Source: Comamonadaceae bacterium | Lineage (GTDB): Bacteria > Pseudomonadota > Gammaproteobacteria > Burkholderiales > Burkholderiaceae_C | Length of the DNA stretch: 18,783 bases | Direction: 5' to 3' | Assembly (NCBI GenBank): GCA_947374485.1 | Contig: CANCCF010000067.1 | Location: forward strand, 1 to 18,783 | Shown here: positions 7,265-12,156 of the stretch, one piece after another | How positions within the stretch are numbered: position 1 is the first letter of the stretch | How the letters are laid out: the number at the start of each line of letters is the position of its first letter | Notes under the pieces: model-generated | Seen by the model: only the letters and a program-made list of their open reading frames with translations | Databases searched by the model: none | What the model was told of the DNA's origin: nothing | Program-made: the position numbers and the translations under genes

Positions 7265-7831
7265 ATGGCACAAGCAAAATCACTGACGGACGCAGAACTG
7301 CAACAGGTTTTGAATTACATAACAGAGCACACATTTGCGCAGCGCAATCGTGCAATGCTCCTTGTCAGCTTTTATGCTGGCATGCGAGTTGGCGAGATTG
7401 CCAGCTTAAAGCTTGGCGACGTGGTGAACGCAGACGGCAAAGTAAACGCAGAAGTGCGATTGGCGGCAGAGCAAACAAAGGGGCGGCATGCGCGAACCGT
7501 GTTCTTGCCTAAAAAGCTGCGCGATGAACTGCAGAGCTATGTGGACATGCGCTCAGTTAAAAACCCAGCACACCCCCTGTTCATAACGGCGGGGCGCAGG
7601 GCGTTTACGGCGAACGTGATGACGCAGCACTTCTTTTGGCTGTATCGCAGTGCGGGCGTGTCTGGCGCAAGCTCACACAGCGGCAGGCGCACATTCATTA
7701 CGAACTTGGCAGCGAAGGGGATTGGAGTGCGTGTGCTGGCTGGACTGGCAGGGCATCGCAGCATTGCAGTGACACAGCGATACATTGATGTGAACGACGA
7801 TATGAAGCGCAACGCTGTGGAGATGATTTGA
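7265..7831 (+). CDS. minimal tyrosine recombinase (catalytic domain only, 188 aa; FimB/FimE-like architecture)
   Basis: The full catalytic set is present: R in FYAGMRVGEIASL, K in EQTKGRHARTVFL, H-x-x-R in SHSGRRTF, and H and Y in AGHRSIAVTQRYI. Only about 30 residues precede box I, so there is no separate SAM-like core-binding domain. ATG 7265 is preferred; the upstream in-frame ATG 7229 would give 200 aa. Confidence 0.85.
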   Translation: MAQAKSLTDAELQQVLNYITEHTFAQRNRAMLLVSFYAGMRVGEIASLKLGDVVNADGKVNAEVRLAAEQTKGRHARTVFLPKKLRDELQSYVDMRSVKNPAHPLFITAGRRAFTANVMTQHFFWLYRSAGVSGASSHSGRRTFITNLAAKGIGVRVLAGLAGHRSIAVTQRYIDVNDDMKRNAVEMI

Positions 7832-7850
7832 GCGTTACTTAAAGTAACAC
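7832..7850. repeat. 19-bp palindromic site A (GCGTTACTTAAAGTAACAC)
   Basis: It begins 1 nt after the recombinase stop codon. The 7-1-7 core GTTACTT-A-AAGTAAC is a perfect palindrome. It matches the reverse complement of site B (9122-9140) at 18/19 positions. Confidence 0.8.
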
Positions 7851-7867
7851 TTCGCTCTCCCCAATCA

Positions 7868-7901
7868 CCCCCATTGCTTTGCCGCATGGGGGTTTTCTTT
7901 T
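7868..7901 (+). terminator. rho-independent terminator of the small recombinase gene
   Basis: CCCCCAT-(11-nt loop)-ATGGGGG followed by TTTTCTTTT. Confidence 0.65.
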
Positions 7902-7912
7902 CCTACGACGAT

Positions 7913-8103
7913 TAAAGTGATTTTCTTGTCAAGCGATTTTCGTCAATTTATTTTTTATTTTTACAGTCAAAAATGATAGCAATAAAGTCAATGTCTATGC
8001 GCTTTTCGCAATTTTTCAAAATCACATGTTCACCCATCAACGCCTCGCAAATTGGTCAAATAAATCACTTTATTTTAAACTACTTACATATTCACAAATC
8101 ACT
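7913..8103. promoter_or_regulatory. AT-rich control region with repeated GTGATTT motif upstream of the 327-aa gene
   Basis: GTGATTT occurs on the + strand at 7917-7923 and on the - strand at 8019-8025, 8062-8068 and 8096-8102. An 11-mer TAAAGTGATTT (7913-7923) is inverted at 8062-8072. A related GCGATTTTC lies at 7933-7941. A strong RBS, AAGGAG (8109-8114), lies 15 nt before ATG 8130. Confidence 0.45.
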
Positions 8104-8129
8104 GTGGATACTAAATAAAGGAGTTAGTT

Positions 8130-9113
8130 ATGGCTAAGGCAGCAGTTAACAGCGAAATCGCAACTAAGGTAATAGGTTATATTGACAGGCTTGCAGAGCA
8201 ACAAGCAGAGGTCACTGAGTACAATGAACGTAGCAATGAAGCGTTGTACAAAATGCTTGGAAAGGTTAAACAAGTTTGTGAGTATGTAAATGCCTGCGAA
8301 GATCCCGCAGATATTGTAAAGAAGATGCGCAAGATGCTGAAAGCTGATCGCAGCATTAAGACGCAAGCCAACAGTAGTATCGCGTCTATTATTATCAAGT
8401 GTCTTGTTCCCACAAGCCGCAAGACTCAGTGCGTATATGCCAGCGTTATTAAAGCCGCAGAGGCTAATGGCATTACAGGGGAAGGGCTTGCAGAGTACAT
8501 TCGCGCAAATAAAGGGATTGAAAATTTGCGAAAGATTCATGCAGGCGTAACGACGAAAGCTGCGAAAAGCTTGGACGCTGAAATCGCAAATGCTTCACAA
8601 AGGCTGCTGCGTATGCTGTGCGATACAAGCTCCAAACAGCGGCTTGGCGTAGTTAAGCTTGAGGGTGTTAAAAGCGTTAGCATGTTGCACGACAGGTGCG
8701 AGCTTACGCACTTGATGTGCAAGGAGAATAAGGTGACTGGTGAGCTTGAAATCGTCGCAGTCGCCTACCCCACGCTCCAACTGCAAAAGCTCGTACTGGA
8801 CAACTATGTTGCAGCCATGCAAGTTGCAGCCGTGCAGAAGACGAACGAGTTTTACGCAGAATGCAAGCGTATTGGTGCGGACATGGACACTGTGAATACT
8901 TGGCGCGAAGCCAACGGCATACAGTCTGGTAGCCAGGCGATTGCGTTGCTCGCAAGCATTGGCGAGATGCTTGACGCTGACATGGTGCGGCGTGTGAATG
9001 AAGCAGAGGCTGCTGCCAGCAAACGCCTTGCCATTGCGTATTCATCGCAAGTTGTGGGCGTTGACTGCAGCAAGCAGTCCGCGTCCCAGTCAAACTTCGT
9101 TATCGCCGCTTAG
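8130..9113 (+). CDS. hypothetical protein (327 aa), no recognisable domain
   Basis: The ORF is long and clean, with an ATG plus AAGGAG RBS, island-like composition, and a terminator downstream. It looks predominantly helical and soluble. No motif I can assign. Confidence 0.7.
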   Translation: MAKAAVNSEIATKVIGYIDRLAEQQAEVTEYNERSNEALYKMLGKVKQVCEYVNACEDPADIVKKMRKMLKADRSIKTQANSSIASIIIKCLVPTSRKTQCVYASVIKAAEANGITGEGLAEYIRANKGIENLRKIHAGVTTKAAKSLDAEIANASQRLLRMLCDTSSKQRLGVVKLEGVKSVSMLHDRCELTHLMCKENKVTGELEIVAVAYPTLQLQKLVLDNYVAAMQVAAVQKTNEFYAECKRIGADMDTVNTWREANGIQSGSQAIALLASIGEMLDADMVRRVNEAEAAASKRLAIAYSSQVVGVDCSKQSASQSNFVIAA

Positions 9114-9121
9114 CCGCCACA

Positions 9122-9140
9122 GTGTTACTTTAAGTAACAC
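9122..9140. repeat. 19-bp perfect palindromic site B (GTGTTACTTTAAGTAACAC)
   Basis: A perfect 9-1-9 palindrome 8 nt after the stop codon of the 327-aa gene. Its central TTTAA is the reverse complement of the TTAAA in site A. Confidence 0.8.
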
Positions 9141-9144
9141 CACA

Positions 9145-9177
9145 AAAAAGCCCACTCGTTAAAACAGTGGGCTTTTT
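9145..9177. terminator. bidirectional rho-independent terminator between the convergent 327-aa and lipoprotein genes
   Basis: AAAAA-AGCCCACT-(9-nt loop)-AGTGGGCT-TTTT. The 8-bp stem is flanked by an A-run and a T-run. Confidence 0.75.
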
Positions 9178-9209
9178 AGCATTGACGGAATTATATTTTT
9201 TAAATAAGC

Positions 9210-9818
9210 CTATATTTTTTGCTTAACCTCTTTGCAATTTAAAGAAGTTCTGTAAATTATTACATAATTATTTGGCGTTACAACCATTTTGCCATTGGAT
9301 TTGGAGAAATTGGGATGCACATTTAAATTGTAAGTTTCATCCAATATCGTCAAATTGGTCCTATCCAACACTACAATTTTTGCGCCCAATATTGAGTCTT
9401 TATTTGGTAGCCATTTTTTAAAGAATGGACTTGTTTTAGTATCATTATCTTTACTATCTATCCAGTCCCCAGTAAATTCCCTCACATCCTTCACAGCGCA
9501 ATCCCACGCATATTTGTAACTACTGGACGTTACTTCACACAATGGTAGCCTGTCATCTTTTATAACATTATCACCTTTAACTATAATATATTGCTTACCA
9601 ACAATATATTTTTGAGTAACAGCATCTGCGGGACTATGAAGACTTTTAACATCACTTGGCTCAGCTATCCCCTGCTCACTCCAAGTCCCATCGCAATCCA
9701 AAAACTTTTCCGCATCTGCATTTGAGGAGGACTTATTAAATAGCTCAACGACTCTTTCACAGCCAGTTATACAAAGCGCCAATAATAATATTGTACATAT
9801 TTTAGTAAAATTTTGCAT
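9210..9818 (-). CDS. putative lipoprotein (202 aa), very AT-rich gene
   Basis: The N-terminus MQNFTKICTILLLALCITGCERV is a signal peptide with lipobox I-T-G-C. There are four further Cys in the mature part. The gene is markedly more AT-rich than even the rest of the island. Confidence 0.75.
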   Translation of the reverse strand: MQNFTKICTILLLALCITGCERVVELFNKSSSNADAEKFLDCDGTWSEQGIAEPSDVKSLHSPADAVTQKYIVGKQYIIVKGDNVIKDDRLPLCEVTSSSYKYAWDCAVKDVREFTGDWIDSKDNDTKTSPFFKKWLPNKDSILGAKIVVLDRTNLTILDETYNLNVHPNFSKSNGKMVVTPNNYVIIYRTSLNCKEVKQKI

Positions 9819-9899
9819 ATTATTTGAATATCTTCATTTTGCATTAAAATACATTTATTTCCAAATTAGCGCTTTAAAGTGCATGAGCATGTGCGGCAT

Positions 9900-11195
9900 T
9901 TAAATTGCCGCACTACCGCTTTGCTTGTCGTCAGTTGCCTTCGTTTTGGTTGCTTCCACCTTCTTCACCCCCATCCGCTTGCCTGCAATAACATCTGCTT
10001 TTAGCGCGGGCGTTAAATGTCCATAGTACCGCTCAATCATCCCTATGCTCGTGCCCATCTGCTTTGCCAGTGTCGCAATTGGCATGCTGTCCTGCAGTAG
10101 CGCGAAGTGAGCATAGGTGTGGCGAAGGCTGTACAGCGTACGTTTTTCCTTCACATCCTTGTTCTTATCCAAGCCGCTGTCACGCATTAGGTGACGGAAT
10201 GTGCCGTTCAGCGCATTCGTTGCTTCACCAGTCCGCAACCTGAACACCAGCACATCCAGCTTCTTTTTCAGCAGTGCATCAAACTCCAGCTTCTTCAAAT
10301 CGTCAAAGCGCTCCTGTATGCGCTTCAAGTAATCCTCCGCTGCATGCCGTGCAATCAGTGTCCGTTTGCCTGTCTTGCCATTGACGGTGAACTGCAAGTA
10401 GCGCTGCCCGTCTTTCGCAATCCATTCAACATCACGCCATTTCAAATTCAACGCTTCCGTGCCATGCCGCATCCCTGTGTTCGCCAGCACCAGCACATAG
10501 TCCCGCAGCAGTTCACGCATGTGCTGCGTCTTCGCCATGTGCCCTATCGTGCTCCACTTCACCATGTAGCTTGTAAGGGACTTGTATTCTGCAAAGCTAA
10601 ACGCCTCGCGCGGCGTAGCCTTCGCGCCCTTATTCTTCATTTTGGGCACTTGCGATTGCGACATCCACCCGCGCTGCACAGCCGCATCAAACACACGATT
10701 GAGGGCAGACGTGTGCGTTGTGACGGTGCTGGCAACTGGCACCTTCTTCATTTCTTTTGTGCGCCAGTCGTCAAATGCCTTCAAGTGCTCATAGCCAATC
10801 GTGCCAATGTTGAGCTTGCCAAAAAACGGGATGAGATAACGGTTGGTGGCTGCGATGTAGCTGTTGTAAACGCTTTTGCCCACGCCGCCATCAAGCTGAT
10901 CCTGCATTTCCTTCACTGCAATCTTTGCGATTGAGTCAAAGCGCTTGGTAACGATTGGCAGATTTTCTGCCTTTAAAAATCGTGCCCTGTCATATGCCTC
11001 GCAAGCTGCCTGCGTTGCGTATTCCAAGTTGCGCTGTTTGGTGCTGATACGTTGCCACTTGCTGTCCCGCAACTTAAAGCGAGCCTGCCAAATTTTGCTG
11101 TCCAGCCGCTTGTAAAGCACCACTTCACCATCGCGTGCATACACGATGTGCATAGGTGCTTTGCTGGACTTGGGGGCTGCAGATGAGTTCGCCAT
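9900..11195 (-). CDS. int: tyrosine-type site-specific integrase (island integrase, about 431 aa)
   Basis: The C-terminal catalytic domain has LANTGMRHGTEALNLKWRDV (Arg), LYSLRHTYAHFAL (H-x-x-R region) and MIERYYGH (Tyr). An N-terminal arm/core-binding region is present (KIWQARFKL...). The gene lies directly next to tRNA-Phe. The ORF is open to 11288; I prefer ATG 11195 (MANSSAAPK...). Confidence 0.9.
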   Translation of the reverse strand: MANSSAAPKSSKAPMHIVYARDGEVVLYKRLDSKIWQARFKLRDSKWQRISTKQRNLEYATQAACEAYDRARFLKAENLPIVTKRFDSIAKIAVKEMQDQLDGGVGKSVYNSYIAATNRYLIPFFGKLNIGTIGYEHLKAFDDWRTKEMKKVPVASTVTTHTSALNRVFDAAVQRGWMSQSQVPKMKNKGAKATPREAFSFAEYKSLTSYMVKWSTIGHMAKTQHMRELLRDYVLVLANTGMRHGTEALNLKWRDVEWIAKDGQRYLQFTVNGKTGKRTLIARHAAEDYLKRIQERFDDLKKLEFDALLKKKLDVLVFRLRTGEATNALNGTFRHLMRDSGLDKNKDVKEKRTLYSLRHTYAHFALLQDSMPIATLAKQMGTSIGMIERYYGHLTPALKADVIAGKRMGVKKVEATKTKATDDKQSGSAAI

Positions 11196-11271
11196 GTTGT
11201 GCGTTACAAATGAACTGCTGTTCAGTGTATACGCATAAGCAGGAACTGTGCTAAGACCGTGTAATGGAAAA

Positions 11272-11297
11272 GCGTAGCACACTTTCATGTGCTACGC
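11272..11297. promoter_or_regulatory. 10-bp perfect inverted repeat (6-bp spacer) at the island edge, candidate integrase/regulator binding site
   Basis: GCGTAGCACA-CTTTCA-TGTGCTACGC lies 10 bp from the tRNA-Phe 3' end and upstream of the int start. Each arm contains the TGTGCTAC motif also found at 5372-5379; the shorter TGTGCTA core recurs at 11247-11253. Confidence 0.5.
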
Positions 11298-11306
11298 CTT
11301 ATGGGA

Positions 11307-11382
11307 TGGTGGCCTGGGGCGGAATCGAACCACCGACACAAGGATTTTCAATCCTCTGCTCTACCGACTGAGCTACCGGGCC
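11307..11382 (-). tRNA. tRNA-Phe (anticodon GAA), CCA encoded; integration target
   Basis: The reverse complement is GGCCCGGTAGCTCAGTCGGTAGAGCAGAGGATTGAAAATCCTTGTGTCGGTGGTTCGATTCCGCCCCAGGCCACCA. It has a canonical D-arm, anticodon loop TTGAAAA and T-loop TTCGATT, and is close to E. coli tRNA-Phe. The acceptor stem carries one C5.A68 mismatch (GGCCCGG versus CCAGGCC). Confidence 0.92.
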
Positions 11383-11391
11383 AAGCCTCAA

Positions 11392-11397
11392 ATTATA
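11392..11397 (-). promoter_or_regulatory. candidate -10 box (TATAAT) for tRNA-Phe
   Basis: The minus strand reads CTGCTATAATTTGAGGCTT followed directly by the tRNA 5' end. A perfect TATAAT sits 9 nt upstream of mature position 1. I found no convincing -35 at 17-bp spacing. Confidence 0.4.
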
Positions 11398-11418
11398 GCA
11401 GGAAGAATGGCGCCTCCT

Positions 11419-11441
11419 GGCAAAAACTGCTGATCAGTTTG
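11419..11441 (-). terminator. weak terminator-like hairpin after ntrX
   Basis: The minus strand reads AAACTG-ATCAG-CAGTTT followed by TTG. The stem is short (6 bp) and overlaps its own T-run. Confidence 0.3.
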
Positions 11442-11446
11442 GCAAA

Positions 11447-12124
11447 TTACAAACCGCTGCGTTTGCCGCGGCTCAGGTCCACGCCGAGCTGCTTGAGTTT
11501 GCGGTAGAGGTGGGTACGCTCCAGACCGGTCTTTTCGGCCACGCGGGTCATGGAGCCGTTCTCGCGCGCCAAGTGGTACTCGAAGTAGGCCTTTTCGAAT
11601 TCGTCACGCGATTCGCGCAGGGGCTTGTCGAGCATGAAGCTCTGGTTGGGTTGGGGGCCGCTTTCCTGCACGGCATGGGCTACGGCCAAAACCGTGTCCA
11701 CGGTGTCGTGCACCACGGCTTCGCGCGGCACGAGTTCAATGGCGGCGGGCTTGCGCAGGATGCTGCGGGCCAGCCCCTGCTCGACTGCCTTGAGCAGTTT
11801 TTGCATGGTGATGGGCTTTTCCAGAAAGGCCAGGGCGCCGATCTTGGTGGCCTCCACTGCGGTGTCGATGGTGGCGTGGCCGCTCATCATGATGACGGGC
11901 ATGTTCAGAAGGCCGGTGGAGGACCATTCCTTGAGCAGGGTGACGCCGTCGGTGTCGGGCATCCAGATGTCGAGCAGGACCAGGTCGGGCCGCTCGCGCA
12001 GGCGGGCCGAACGCGCCTGCGCGGCGTTTTCCGCCAGCTCGACCTGGTGGCCGCCGTCGTTCAGAATTTCCCACAGCAGGTCGCGTATGCCGTGCTCATC
12101 ATCCACCACCAAAATATTTGCCAT
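11447..12124 (-). CDS. ntrX: NtrX-like response regulator: receiver domain + C-terminal Fis-type HTH, no AAA+ sigma-54 module
   Basis: REC: ILVVDDEHGIRDLL...DLVLLDIWMPDTDG...MSGHATIDTAVEATKIGALAFLEKP. C-terminus: FEKAYFEYHLARENGSMTRVAEKTGLERTHLYRKLKQLG (Fis-type HTH). Only about 225 aa, so there is no room for a central ATPase domain. ATG 12124 (MANILVVDD) is preferred over TTG 12160. It lies immediately downstream of ntrY. Confidence 0.8.
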   Translation of the reverse strand: MANILVVDDEHGIRDLLWEILNDGGHQVELAENAAQARSARLRERPDLVLLDIWMPDTDGVTLLKEWSSTGLLNMPVIMMSGHATIDTAVEATKIGALAFLEKPITMQKLLKAVEQGLARSILRKPAAIELVPREAVVHDTVDTVLAVAHAVQESGPQPNQSFMLDKPLRESRDEFEKAYFEYHLARENGSMTRVAEKTGLERTHLYRKLKQLGVDLSRGKRSGL

Positions 12125-12156
12125 CGTGTCCGCGTTCCCTTGGGTTGTCGTGCCAC

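Larger units (their letters stand above)
5258..11351. mobile_element. tRNA-Phe-integrated genomic island (about 6.0 kb between the repeats), integrase-proximal to the intact tRNA
   Basis: The 45-bp direct repeats lie at 5258-5302 and 11307-11351. The tyrosine integrase gene abuts the intact tRNA-Phe. Interior GC is clearly lower than the flanks. A TGTGCTA(C) motif clusters just inside both ends. Confidence 0.85.

Noticed and set aside
9527-9534. CGTTACTT half-site of the 19-bp palindrome inside the lipoprotein gene.
   Set aside because: It is a single 8-mer half-site with no inverted partner. About one such chance match is expected in a window of this size.
9891-9913. 8-bp stem hairpin GTGCGGCA-TTTAAAT-TGCCGCAC spanning the integrase stop codon, considered as a terminator.
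   Set aside because: No T-run follows on the transcribed (minus) strand, and half of the stem is coding. It may be incidental or an RNA stability element.
10191-10934. 247-aa and 70-aa plus-strand ORFs inside the integrase gene.
   Set aside because: They are antisense to a well-supported integrase with intact catalytic motifs. They have no RBS and no recognisable features.
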